The notes under the pieces: model-generated | The model's database searches: none | What the model was told of the DNA's origin: nothing | Seen by the model: the letters and a program-made list of their open reading frames with translations, nothing else | In this document: in pieces, positions 1-12,424 of the stretch | Position numbering within the stretch: the stretch's first letter is position 1 | How the letters are laid out: each line of letters starts with the position of its first letter | Made by a program: the position numbers and the translations under genes | Assembly: GCF_006345805.1 (NCBI RefSeq) | Contig: NC_043004.1 | Location: forward strand, 52,452,001-52,516,000 | Direction of reading: 5' to 3' | Source of the DNA: Octopus sinensis | Taxonomy: Eukaryota | DNA: 64,000 bases

Positions 1-1150
1 AATATAGTACTTGTAAAATGTTGGTGTCGATGCAATTGACTATATTCTTCCTAGTAAAACTGCAGACCTTTTGCGGAGATTTGTAAGAAGTATTACCGAA
101 CAGACCGTGGAGCATTGCACGAATTTCCAGACAAATATCGATACAATAACTTCTAACGTAGCACATGTTTTACATTGAATACTCCGACTATGATTGAAGT
201 TTTATTGTTCTTTATCAATTTCCTTTAGTATTTCCATTAAACATCTTTAAATATTTCTTATCGAAATCCGGTAAAAGCACAAAAGAACGAATTGAATTAT
301 TGTTTTCAAATCAATACATTTTTCTATAAGTTATACTTTTTAATTTTATTTCAGATATTGACTCTATGGTGGTCAATAAGGTTCGGCGATCTTACGAAAG
401 GGGTCAATGACATAAGAAATTTGTCAACCCGTGGTCTGAGATCGTACAAGAAGTGAGACAAGTGAAACGGCTCTAAAAAGATACTCAAAGTCTATCGCAA
501 ACAATGGCATGTTATGTGTCATGCTAGCTAATCCACTCTATAGCGAAAGATGGAAAGTGAGTATGTGAAGCATACGCACTGTATATACATCAAGAAGAAT
601 AGCTGCAAAAGTCTGACATTCAATCAGAACTTCCTAGCATCATTTGTTTAGTGATGTTATTGTATAGACACATTATTGCTATCAGAATGTTTCTCTTGTC
701 ATCTGATATTATTGAAAGGAAACTTAGAATACTTACAAAACAAAAAAAAATGATACAATTATATAAAGAAGAAGAAAACTCAACCAAGAGAAAGAATAAA
801 AATACGTAAGAAGTAAGTAGTGCTTCAAAATAACAGGAGATGAAACATGGAGGTGGTGTTAGAGAAGAGATTAGAATAATGTATTTTATCTCTCGAACAC
901 AAATATACAAAGAAATAGTGAAACTATTTCACGGTTTCTCTCAGGTACCATAGATGGAAAAGACTGGCCACAAAAAAGAATATTACATAATTCTGAGTGT
1001 GTCTGTATCTACGGATGTATTGTATTTCTAATGTTTGTAATATATATACACACACATGCGTGAACGCATACCCGAAGATATATATATAAATATATATATA
1101 TATAATATATATATAAATATATATATATATTATATATATATATATATATA

Positions 1151-1528
1151 AATAAAAGGGGCAGGCAATAGAAATAGCAGTCATAGACTGTTTATTTCTA
1201 TTTTCTACAAATGGGACTCCACATACGACATATCCCTGTAATTCACATATGCAAAACTATATGTGAATTTGCATATGTGAATTATAGGGATATGCCGTAT
1301 GTGGAGTCCCATTTGTAGAAAATAGCAATAAACAGTCTATGACTGCTATTTCTAATTTTTTCGGTATGCGGCCAAGCAACCTGTTGCCTGCCCCTTTTAA
1401 TTATATACAATATATATATACTGAACTTTACAGAAGTCCCTACCGTTAATGGTTATATGTACATGCCGAAATCTAACAATAAATAATTGTTGGTTTTTTA
1501 AAAAAACCATTAAAGAAATTATTTACTC

Positions 1529-1570
<42 letters not shown>

Positions 1571-3350
1571 TATGTATGTATGTGGCTACCTGTCTTCACA
1601 GGTATATTGGTGTGTGGTGTTTATGTACGTATTGAAAATATGACCATGTAAATATGTGTCCACATCTGTGTGTAAAAGTTATTTAGTGTTAATCAGGACC
1701 ACAGAGCACGCTAATTGTTTATTTTAAAGGAATTCTCTTAGTTATATGTAGGATAATCAGATGTAAAAAATAAATATATTTAAAATAAACAAGTCTTACA
1801 CTAATTTGCCTCTGGTGCATAGAGCGAGGAAAGAAAGTGTAAAATAGTTTGTACCAGACCACAGAAAACATACGGCACTTCAATAGCATTCGCGAGAATA
1901 CATGGAATTTTGGAAACACTCAGCTCCACATCAAGACAAAAACCCTTACCGAAAGACATACTGGAATACGCAGAGGCGCACTCATACACTCATAAGAGGC
2001 GATGGATAAATTTCAGCTCATTACAGCTGATTCTTACGCATTTTTTAATAGAGAAATGGGAATTTTACTCCATTACAAAAAACCATAATCATCAGATGAA
2101 ACAATTTTACAAACACATGAATATGCTAAGAATACGACAGGGACGTGGTTGGGTTTTGTCGAGGCTAACTATGGAAATGGTCCTTTTAAGTCCCTGATTC
2201 TATCTGAATATTTATTTTACGACATATCTACATTCTATATCTACTTCTATATATATATATATAAATAAAAGGGGCAGGCAATAGAATAGCAGTCATAGAC
2301 TGTTTATTTCTATTTTCTACAAATGGGACTCCACATACGACATATCCCTGTAATTCACATATGCAAAACTATATGTGAATTTGCATATGTGAATTATGGG
2401 ATATGCCGTATGTGGAGTCCCATTTGTAGAAAATAGCAATAAACAGTCTATGACTGCTATTCTCTAATTTTTTCGTATGCGGCCAAGCAACCTGTTGCCT
2501 GCCCCTTTTAATTATATACAATATATAATACTGAACTTTACAGAGTCCCTACCGTTAATGGTTATATGTACATGCCGAATCTAACAAAAATAATTGTTGG
2601 TTTTTTAAAAAAACCATTAAAGAAATTATTTTACTACTATTATATATTATATATATATATATATATATTAATATATATATGTATGTATTGGCTACTGTCT
2701 TCACAGGTATATTGGTGTGTGGTTTTTTATGTACGTATTTAAAATATGACCATGTAAATAGTGTCCACATCTGTGTGTAAAAGTATTTAGTGTTAATCAG
2801 GACCACAGACACGCTAATTGTTTATTTTAAAGGAATTCTCTTAGTTATATGTAGGATAATCAGATGTAAAAATAAATATATTTAAAATAAACCAGTCTTA
2901 CACTAATTTGCCTCTGGTGCATAGAGCGAGGAAAGAAGTGTAAAATAGTTTGTACCCAACCACAGAAAACATACGGCACTTCAATAGCATTCGCGAGAAT
3001 ACATGGAATTTTGGAACACTCAGCTCCACATCAAGACAAAAACCCTTACCGAAAGACATACTGGAATACGCAGAGGCGCACCTCATACACTCATAGAGGC
3101 GATGGATAATTTCAGCTCATTACAAAAGCTGATTCTTACGCATTTTTTAATAGAGAAATGGGAATTTTACTCATTACAAAAAACCATAATCATCAGATGA
3201 AACAATTTTACAAACACATGAAATGCTAAGAATACGACAGGGACGTGGTTGGGTTTTGTCGAGGCTAACTATGGAAATGGTCCTTTTAAGTCCCTGATTC
3301 TATCTGAATTTTATTTTACGACATATCTACATCTATATCTATCTTTCTAT
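1151..3350. repeat. Tandem duplication of a ~1.1-kb unit (about 1151-2250 and 2264-3350)
   Basis: AATAAAAGGGGCAGGCAATAG starts at 1151 and 2264. The units align end to end, and the second copy differs mostly by 1-nt indels. Confidence 0.95.
1154..1398. repeat. Long palindrome (87-bp arms, 12-nt loop, extra outer 15-bp inverted repeat), derived from a Penelope-type terminus
   Basis: Arms 1169-1255 and 1268-1354 are reverse complements with 3 mismatches. The outer pair is AAAAGGGGCAGGCAA (1154-1168) with TTGCCTGCCCCTTTT (1384-1398). The arm sequence resembles the 48.54-48.65 kb element. Repeated at about 2267-2510. Confidence 0.9.
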
Positions 3351-3370
3351 ATATATAATTATATCATTAA

Positions 3371-5482
3371 AGGAGATATCCAAAATTCTGTCGAAAATTA
3401 CGACTTGTAGAATTCTTCGCTAACAAAAGTAATGAGATTGATGAATCCCTAGTAAGGAATAAATCAAATTTCACACACCCACCAAAGAAAAATAACTACC
3501 TTGACCAATACATGATATCCTGTCTAAATTTCCCCTTAGACGCAATACCAATGTTAGGCCAAACATTAGCAAATCAAGATGTCTGCATGTAAACGTATAC
3601 AAAACGATCAAACAATAATAATTAAACGCAGATAAAGGTGGTGCAATTGTTATTATGGATACCGAATACTATAAGGATTTGGTTGAAGACCAACTGAAGG
3701 ATACAACCTTCTATTTGAAATACCCGCAAATATAGACCACCACACATCATGAAAAAGATCAACAACCTAATTTCAACACACACACAACTCACTTACGGAT
3801 AATGAAAAAGACTACATCACCATTTTGAACCAAAACCCAGCAACTTCTACGGCTTACCAAAAATACACAAATCAAAAAACATTCAACAGGCAGTAAAAGA
3901 ACAAGAAAGTGAGTACATAAAATTATTACATCCAAAAGACCTAAACTTAGACCTATTATAGCTGGTCCAGCATGCCCTACACACCGTCTAAGCAATTTTA
4001 TTGACATTGTTTTGAAACCACTATGTACTTACATACCAAGTTTCATCAGGGATGACATCGACTTCCTGTCCCATCTTCCAAAAACAACAGAAACAATTCA
4101 GTTTACTAAGTTTTGATGTGGTAAGCCTCTACACCAATATTCCACACGATTTAGGAATAAGGCGATTAAATACTGGTTAGAAAAACATAGAGAAGTATTC
4201 CCAGATTCCCAGCAGATTCACAGTGCCTTTTATATTAGACACAGTCAAGCTTATTCTAGAAAATAACACATTCTTCTTCAATGGAAAGATTACATCCAAA
4301 TTAGAGGCACGGCGATGGGAACGAGGTTTGCTCCCGTTTACGCCAACTCTGTAATGGGATACTTAGAAGAACAACTCTACCAAGAGGTGGAGGTAAACTA
4401 TGGCACTGGGTTTAGAAAGTATATTGAAAAGGCATGGAAGAGATACCTAGACGACTGTTTCATAATCTGGACAGATCTCTAAATACTCTGGAAGAGTTCA
4501 ATATCCTCCTGAACAACCTACACCCATCTCTCCAATTTACAAAGGAGATGAGTAGTACCAAATTACCATTCCTGGATATAATGGTAATAAAAAAGACACC
4601 ACCATCACCACAGATATATACTATAAACACACACAGACACACATCAATACCTAAATTTTAAGTCGTGCCATCCACCACATACAAAACGTAACATCCATAC
4701 TGCCTAGCAGAAGAATTTGTACTATTGTAGAAGATGCAAATATCAGGAACAAACGCCTATAGAACTAAGAGAATTTTTGCTCAAACAAAAATACCCATCT
4801 CTACTTATAGAAAATGGCATACAGCGGGCTATAAAATACCTATACAACAACTTAGGACAACCCAAGGAAGAGGAAAACAAGAACAAGTCATACCATTCAT
4901 AGTGACACACAACCCATGTCACCAGAATATCTTCAACATTGCCAAAGCAAACCTACCAATCATTGCCCAAAGTAATGATTAAAAGACATAATCACGGATC
5001 GAGCTATGGTGCTTAGTAAAAGACAGCCTAAAAACTTGAAAACATTACTAACAAAGGCAAAATTTGACCTCAGCAACAAAGACCAAACATTCACGGTATC
5101 TAAATGCAATGATAGCCGATGTGGCACATGCCAATTCATACATACCGGTCAATATATAAACACAAAAACCGGGAAATATTCACAAACGCGAATATGAACT
5201 GCAAAAGCAGAAATTTAATTTACTGCATCAAATGCCCAAATTGTGAAGAAATATATGTAGGTCAGACGGGAAACGCACTATTAGAACGCTCACGTGTACA
5301 CCGGCAACAGATTAGAGACCCAGAGGTCCGTCAGATACCTTGAGTAACCACCTAGCAACATGTGGTCGGAAAATATATATAATATTTCCATTCTACAAAT
5401 TACACAGCCCAAGTGAAATCGAGAGGAAATCAGAGAAAAGAAATTTTATTGATAATTCGAACCCAAGCTAAATAAGCAATAA
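3371..5482 (+). mobile_element. Penelope-like retroelement ORF (reverse transcriptase + GIY-YIG endonuclease), 5'-truncated and frameshifted
   Basis: Manual translation across frameshifts gives FCRKLRLVEFF..KSNFT, ADKGGAIVIMD, FYGLPKIHK, LRPIIAG, FDVVSLYTNIP, GTAMGTRFAP, WKRYLDDCFIIW, LPFLD, CxxxxCxxC and NLIYCIKCPNCEEIYVGQT. These are established PLE RT and GIY-YIG motifs. Confidence 0.96.
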
Positions 5483-5800
5483 TAATAATAATACTTAGAG
5501 GTATTACTTCCACTGCTACGACCATGACCACTAACAACAACAACAATACTAAAGGTGATCAAGACGAAGATAGCAGGAAAATTATCTTATTTAGGGTTAA
5601 AAGTTCTATTGCCATAACCATCACCACTAGCAACAATAATTAAGGTGCTGACAATGATGATGATGACAATTGAAATATAAAATAAATAAAAAATCTCTGA
5701 CAAAGGATATTTACAACATTTCTAAAAATAACCAACAATTGCTTCTCGGCCAGGGTCAATACAGGACTCTTGACATGTCCAACAAAGCGTGACGCCTAAA

Positions 5801-5859
5801 CCAATCAGCTCAACCAACCAATCAGCTTAAGTAATTGAGTGATACTACACACTGATTGG
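5801..5859. promoter_or_regulatory. CCAAT-box cluster, putative pseudo-LTR promoter
   Basis: CCAATCAGC at 5801 and 5818, and CTGATTGG at 5852. Function is inferred. Confidence 0.4.
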
Positions 5860-5975
5860 TCAGAATACAGTTTGCAAAACCTAGCACTCTGGAGCCTACC
5901 CAGCTGTATTATAGCACAGATCAATCATCTTGCTACAGTCAAAAATTGTGAAGCATGACTGTCAACACTACTACA

Positions 5976-6020
5976 TGAACCCGAAGATTGCAGAATTCAA
6001 TGCATGAAAGTACTAGTTCA
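5976..6020 (+). ncRNA. Minimal type I hammerhead ribozyme motif, core variant CCGAAGA
   Basis: TGAAC | CCGAAGA | T-TGCA-gaattcaa-TGCA-T | GAAA-G-TA-C-TA^ | GTTCA. Stem I is 5 bp, stem II is 4 bp, and stem III is palindromic (AGTACT). Deviations are U4C and a U.U at the base of stem II. Confidence 0.7.
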
Positions 6021-6148
6021 ATCAGAATGAATATTTAACATTCTACTATTTCATTTTATTTTATTCAATTATAATATTATCTATAATATATCATTATAAG
6101 ATTGTAAATAAAACGTGAAAATCAGACAAGGTTGGAATTCTTTTTATT

Positions 6149-6179
<31 letters not shown>

Positions 6180-6398
6180 ATATATATATACATATATGTG
6201 TGTGTGTGTGTATAATATATATATATATATATAATGTAATTATAAAAAAAGGTAAACACAAGAAAAGCAACAACACAAAGACGTAGTAGACGCTCAAAGA
6301 AGAAAGAAAAGTAGTTTTAGAGGAGACGGAGGAAAGTCAAAGAGAAAAGGATGACGAAGGAACGATCTACATGTGATTACATTTATGTATATATATCC

Positions 6399-6462
<64 letters not shown>

Positions 6463-6501
6463 GTGGTGTGTGCGTATGCTTATATATATATATATATATC
6501 T

Positions 6502-6535
<34 letters not shown>

Positions 6536-6544
6536 GCATGTATG

Positions 6545-6622
<78 letters not shown>

Positions 6623-7476
6623 TGTGTCTATCTATATGCATGTTTGTATAAACACACACACGCACACACACACAAACACACGGAGCCATTAATTTGAAAA
6701 ACGTCACGGTGACACTACACATATTACTCATTAATAATTCAACATCCTACATACAGGCAAACGCAAACAAAACCATACATTCACATACATACAGCACTCA
6801 CACCATTTTCTACACGCAGAACCTCAAAAAGGTTCACAAGATGCCCGCTTGCGTGACAGCATGGACAGCGAATGATAATAAATAATGCATGCAATAAAAT
6901 TTGCGCCTACAAAATTTAAGAAATGGAAAGCAGACGAAGCGTGACCTGTTATTGTGCACATTCGCTACATATATTTTCAATGAACACGCATAGAAATACA
7001 AATAGATGTTTGCTCTTTCGAGAGCTTCACATTCCTTCCACCTGGGATTTCTTTCTCAGCCAGAAATCTTAAATAACTTTTGAACCTCGAAATGTATTTA
7101 AGGAGCTATTCACAAATATTTTGTCTTTGCAGTATTGGATCCATTTTTCGTTTATCTCTTATGAATGTTGAACTTGCTCTCCTCTGTTCCACAAGGTTCG
7201 CAGTTTATTATTTTTTTATATATACATGATATTGAAACAGGTCTTCCGGCATAAAATACTAATACTCACATAGGCGCGCTGGTGTAATCCTATACCAAGG
7301 TGAGAAATGAATAATTTTGTGCATAAAGACTATTTAAGGAAAGATGAGCAACACACGCAACGCTATTGATATTAAACTGTAAAACTCGAAAATCTTCAAC
7401 TCCGTTCGAAATCGAAGTTCTCCAGACTGTATGCCGCGAGTGATCCATGACTCCTTTGTTATACAATTTAAGACAA

Positions 7477-7617
7477 AGGCGCAGGCGTGGCTTTGTATTG
7501 AGAAGCTTCCTTCTCGACAACGTGGAACTTGGGAAAGTGTGTTCCACTGTAGCTTCGGGGCCGGTCAAAGTCTTGTGAGTGGTTTTGGTAGACGGAAACT
7601 GATAGAAGACCATCGTA
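7477..7617 (+). mobile_element. SINE family A, diverged 5' part
   Basis: AGGCGCAGGCGTGGC...GTGAGTGGTTTTGGTAGACGGAAACTG matches the copies at 21.5, 54.4 and 56.0 kb. Confidence 0.8.
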
Positions 7618-7874
7618 TATATAGGTATATATATAATATATATAATAGAAATATTAAAATTACTAAGTCTCTCTAAAGGAGATTACGGCAGCGTTACTGG
7701 ATATTAATAGTTATCATCATACTAATATGGTAGTCTATAAATATAAAACTAAAGCTGTCGCTGATTAGCTCCAAGAGGCCATCGACTCTAGCTAGCTATT
7801 TGACACACGAACCTGCGTCCATTACAAACCTTCAAACAGGGGAGGTCAGCCGCTTCACCTTGCTAGTCAGACAT

Positions 7875-7915
7875 CTGCAGACATGTTTCATGGTTGTTGT
7901 CCTTTATCAATGCAG
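7875..7915 (-). ncRNA. Hammerhead motif (U3-A8 core) with damaged stem II
   Basis: Minus strand: CTGCA TTGATAA AGGA caacaa CCAT GAAAC AT GTC^ TGCAG. Stem II has two mismatches relative to the plus-strand copies. Confidence 0.6.
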
Positions 7916-7965
7916 CGTAGTCTTCGAACAGACGGTCAGTAGCGACACCTGCGGGTCTGACTACG

Positions 7966-8006
7966 CTGCATTGATAAAGGGCAACAACCCTGAAACATGT
8001 CTGCAG
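7966..8006 (+). ncRNA. Minimal type I hammerhead ribozyme, U3-A8 core variant
   Basis: CTGCA | TTGATAA | AGGG-caacaa-CCCT | GAAAC-AT-GTC^ | TGCAG. Stems I and II are perfect, stem III is palindromic (ACATGT), and the cleavage triplet is GUC. Confidence 0.85.
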
Positions 8007-8229
8007 ATGCCTGACTAACAAGGTGAAGCGGCTGACCTCTTCTGTTCGAAGGTTTGTAATGAACGCAGGTTCGTGTGTCAAATAACTAGCTAGAGGCGAT
8101 GGCCTCTTGGAGCTAATCAGCGACAGCTTTAGTCTTATATTTATAGACTACCATATTAGTATGGCGATAACTACTAATATATATATATATATATATGGGA
8201 GTGGCGTATGTGTGTGTGCGTGGCTGTGT

Positions 8230-9660
8230 GTGTGTGGCTGTGTGTAGGGTCATTCGGAGCCTTCTGTCGTCAGTTGAGTTCCAGATCATCCCTGCAGTTT
8301 CGGCCGGTTACACTCGAGACTGCTCCAACCTAGACGGACCCAAGAAAATATAAGAGCACTAGATTCGTACACTTTTTATTTGTATGTAAGTATACGTACA
8401 TACATATATATATATATATATATATGTATGAGTGAATGGACAAACGAAAGAAATAACACTCAACACATTTCTTGGTAGTTACATGTATTATTTTGATAGT
8501 TTCATTCGGGTTCGATGCTACTTGAAGTTTCAAAGTCTATAACGGAATCTTTCATGTCAGGTAGGTAATAATCCGAATATCTGGAGAGGTGCAGGAAGTC
8601 CAAGATGGCTGCCGGTAGATGGGCTGCAATTAGTCAAAGAAGGTCACGTGATGTAACGGTTCGTGGAATTGCTAAATAAGCGACTGCAGGTAGATGGGTG
8701 AAAAGAGCTTTTTTGGGCCAGTGGCGGGCTAGGAAATTGGTGGCGGCAAATTGGTGTCGACAGTGCTTCTTGGTAAGACTTTCAGTGGTACCTGTGAGTT
8801 TACGAGCTTGTGTGCTCTTGTACGCTCACGTATATAAATGTTGAGTGTGTTGGTGTATGCATGCATGTTTGTCTCAGTAAATATGAGGACGTGTCTGCGT
8901 GCGTGTCTGCGTGCGTGTCTGCGTGCGTGTCTGCGTGCGTGTGTGTACTAATCATGTGCTTATTTCCACTCCGTGAGCAATTTCGTGGACTATAATAATT
9001 GGCCGAGCATGAATCAGCACCTCGTTTCGGTTTGTGGATGGCTTGCTTGATTATGTCTCGCTATCATTTGAGCCGTGGGCATGTTTCATGCGGTAGTGCC
9101 TCTAAAGGCCTGATGATATCTTCTGGATTGTTTCTGCTTCCTTATTTCTAACATTTTGGCACAATCTAGTGAAAATGAAATTCCGACGAGCGCACACTAG
9201 TTATGGCGCGGGGAAGTAAAGTTGCATACTTTTTTGATCGCATCTATTTGCTTCTTTCACACAAACAAGCCCACTTATACACACACACACACAAACAGAC
9301 AAAATCACACACGTACATAACGTACTAATACGGACACACTGTTTGTATTGTGCTTCAGTCGTGTGTTCAGAAGGAAACTGCGAAGATTAGATATATCTAG
9401 TTCTGTATAACCAGAGCTATTAGCCAGGAGATTTTATCTTTAAATAAAAAGTTGAATGGATTGAAATTTTCTTTCTGTTTGTGTCCTTTGTGCCTGGTTG
9501 ATTATGTAATATTTTACTGCATCATTCTAGTTACTTTCGTCTACGTTTAGCTTTCTGCCGTTCCAAGAGTTGCTAATATTAGGAGTTTACAGGATTATTT
9601 TCTGTATATCAAACATATTTTGATGATATTCTACAGAGGTTCTATCTTGTTTGCCAAAAC
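8230..9660 (-). mobile_element. Probable decayed Penelope-like remnant
   Basis: Weak minus-strand peptide resemblance (TPNISNS..KL near 9.55 kb, RNKEAETIQK near 9.14 kb), a terminal hairpin at 8294-8325 and a promoter-like block. No long ORF. Confidence 0.3.
8592..8651. promoter_or_regulatory. Cluster of ETS, YY1 and E-box-like motifs
   Basis: CAGGAAGT (8592), CAAGATGGC (8601) and GTCACGTGA (8643) fall within 60 bp of a locally GC-richer patch. Confidence 0.3.
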
Positions 9661-9721
9661 AATTAGGGTTTTATTCAGGTGTTACTTATTCTTTTATTGT
9701 TTTATATATTTCAGATATATA

Positions 9722-10230
<509 letters not shown>

Positions 10231-11358
10231 TGGTCATACTGCTTTTGTCATTTGATATAATTGTTTAAATGCTTACAACCAATGTTTCAAATTACAAGTG
10301 TAGATTACTATTTGTTAGTCATCGCCTTTTTGATGGACAGTTTTGTGCAACAGGGACATCGTTTTCTTACCTTATTTTTGTGAATTCTGGAAGATATTTC
10401 TACATGTTTCTATTTATATGCGCGTGTTTGTGCATCTATGTGTGTGTGATTGGATTATTTATTTATCACTTGATTTCTGTACATATTTTAAAGGGTTAAT
10501 GCTTGTTTTTATCTTTATTTCAGGTGTTCTTTTGCGGGTTACCTTTCTGATGGGTCTGGCCTATTTGTGCTTTGACAAACAAAGCTGTTGCTGATATGTA
10601 TTTGACTATGCTGTTTGTACTACTGGCAGCTTTTTTAAGATTGAATTTATTTTGATGTCAGCAGCTCGACACGACCTCTTGAGATGTTGCTTTTCAGTGT
10701 TTGCATGACATGTTTTATGTATTTAAAAAACTGTGGGAGATTATGTTCATTGTTATTTAGCTACAGTTACACAAAAATACATCTATTGCATGTCATACGA
10801 ACACTAAACAGCGACGTATCAAGAGACACAAAGTATAGTCAAAACGCAAGCAAGTATACGTCACACCAAATCATAGACATGTAGGAGTAAATTTTGAAAA
10901 GTGTAATACTGAATAAATAACAGAGTAAAAATAGAGAAGTGTTTGGAAAGCCAATACCAACGCATCTTGGGGATCTTCAAGATAGAAATATACGCAAAAC
11001 TCAAAGTTATTCTCGAATTTATACCATAACTATTATGTTTCTGTTTTAGTACATCGGGATGATGTGAAGATAAAATAAAAACGGAAAACAAAAAACCAAA
11101 AATCAAAGATGGAAATAATAAAACATGCAACCAAAAATATAAATTTTCTGAAATGTCTCATGAGCACAAAAAAAAACCAAATAAAAAACAATGTAAATTA
11201 TCATCCAAATACTTGCTAAACAGAGCAAATAGTAAAAACAATTAAATACAAGAAAAAGAAAAAGACAACAAAAATTTTAATCGAAAGAGGGAAAGTAAAT
11301 GATGAGCTCAAATGTATGGATATAAAATTCTAGGTAAAATGAGATTGTACATCACTTA

Positions 11359-11397
11359 TTCCCTGACGATCGGCGCTTCAGGAAACTCGAGTCGGGA
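11359..11397 (+). ncRNA. Minimal type I hammerhead motif, canonical core, weak stem II
   Basis: TTCC | CTGACGA | TCGGCGCTTCAG | GAAAC-TCGA-GTC^ | GGGA. Core and GUC site are perfect and stem III is palindromic (ACTCGAGT). Stem I is 4 bp with one G.U, and stem II pairs poorly. Confidence 0.6.
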
Positions 11398-11804
11398 GAA
11401 AGTAATTCAACTTAGGTACAACACGCACGCACGCACAGACACATACACACAGACAAGCACATAGACACACAATTACACAATTACACACTCACACACACAC
11501 ACAGTTACTTACATAGAAACAGAGTTATTGATATTAAGCGATATATGTATATTCAGATATGATTACTTTTCGAGTCTCACGACACTGAAATTGTCATACG
11601 CTTAATTTTAAGCCAGATCAAAAAACCTCTCTCAGTCCTACATAATGGCATCGTCTTCGGTCGTTAATCTAAAGTCCATCTGTTTGTGTATGCATGTATC
11701 AATAAATTTGCTCATTTGTGGTGCGTCTGTTCATGTGTTTCGATCTGTTTGTGTCTGTGTGTGTGCATGCATTTAAAGAAAGTGTGAATATGTGGAATAG
11801 CTCA

Positions 11805-12035
11805 TGGTGGGATTTGAACTCAGAACGCAAAAAAGCCGTAACAAATACAGCTAGATATTTGGTCAGCTATTTTTATAGTTCTATCAATCCACGTCCCTAA
11901 ATCGAAACATTATTTTATCCCCTACCCTCGACCACCGAAAGGATGAAATGCCAAGCTGATCTCAGCAGGATTTGAACTCGGTGCGTTGAGATTCATAACA
12001 AATACTTCGAAGCACTCTATCTCACGTTCTAATGG
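11805..12035 (-). mobile_element. SINE family C fragments, two diverged copies
   Basis: GGATTTGAACTCAGAACG and GACCACCGAAAGGATGAAATGCCAAGCTGA match the family at 53.5-55.4 kb. Confidence 0.7.
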
Positions 12036-12424
12036 TGTTGATCATCTCGTGAAAGGGTCACTTCCATGTTGAATACCAATGCGTGACAGATTCGGCTTCT
12101 GTCTTCTACAGCAGCTTCAACTCAATAGCAAAGCCACATTTGAAATTGACAACGAGGAAACTATGAGAAGCAAATAACCGTACTGCGCCTTTTGGGGACC
12201 ATTCGCTCTGTGGCGAGTATTTGGAGCATGTCTCTAGACTGAAGTTAATTTGCGAAGCTGCCTCACTATTCTGTGGTGTAATATAGTAAATTTAAGTCCT
12301 AGGTTTCTCATTTCATCACATCCTATATTGTCAAAGACCTTCCTGATAGATGATCGGCTCTGAATTTCTACTTCTGAGTAACACATAAACGGAAGTACAA
12401 ATGTTTATACCTCCAAGATAGTCT

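Larger units (their letters stand above)
5483..6130 (+). mobile_element. 3' UTR / pseudo-LTR of the Penelope-like element
   Basis: Directly follows the ORF stop, contains CCAAT boxes and a hammerhead motif, and ends at a (TA)n tract. Confidence 0.7.
7682..8180. mobile_element. Head-to-head pair of a ~270-bp hammerhead-bearing non-coding element, forming a ~480-bp palindrome
   Basis: Arms 7701-7922 and 7959-8180 are reverse complements with a 36-nt spacer. The same element occurs singly at 39549-39825. Confidence 0.9.

Noticed and set aside
560-640. Patchy similarity to the 5.95-6.03 kb hammerhead region
   Set aside because: Only short words are shared (TGTGAAGCAT, TTCAATCAGAA). The core and stems cannot be built.
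9070-9110. Minus-strand GAAACATGCC resembling the hammerhead stem III
   Set aside because: The core is unrecognisable and stem I does not pair.
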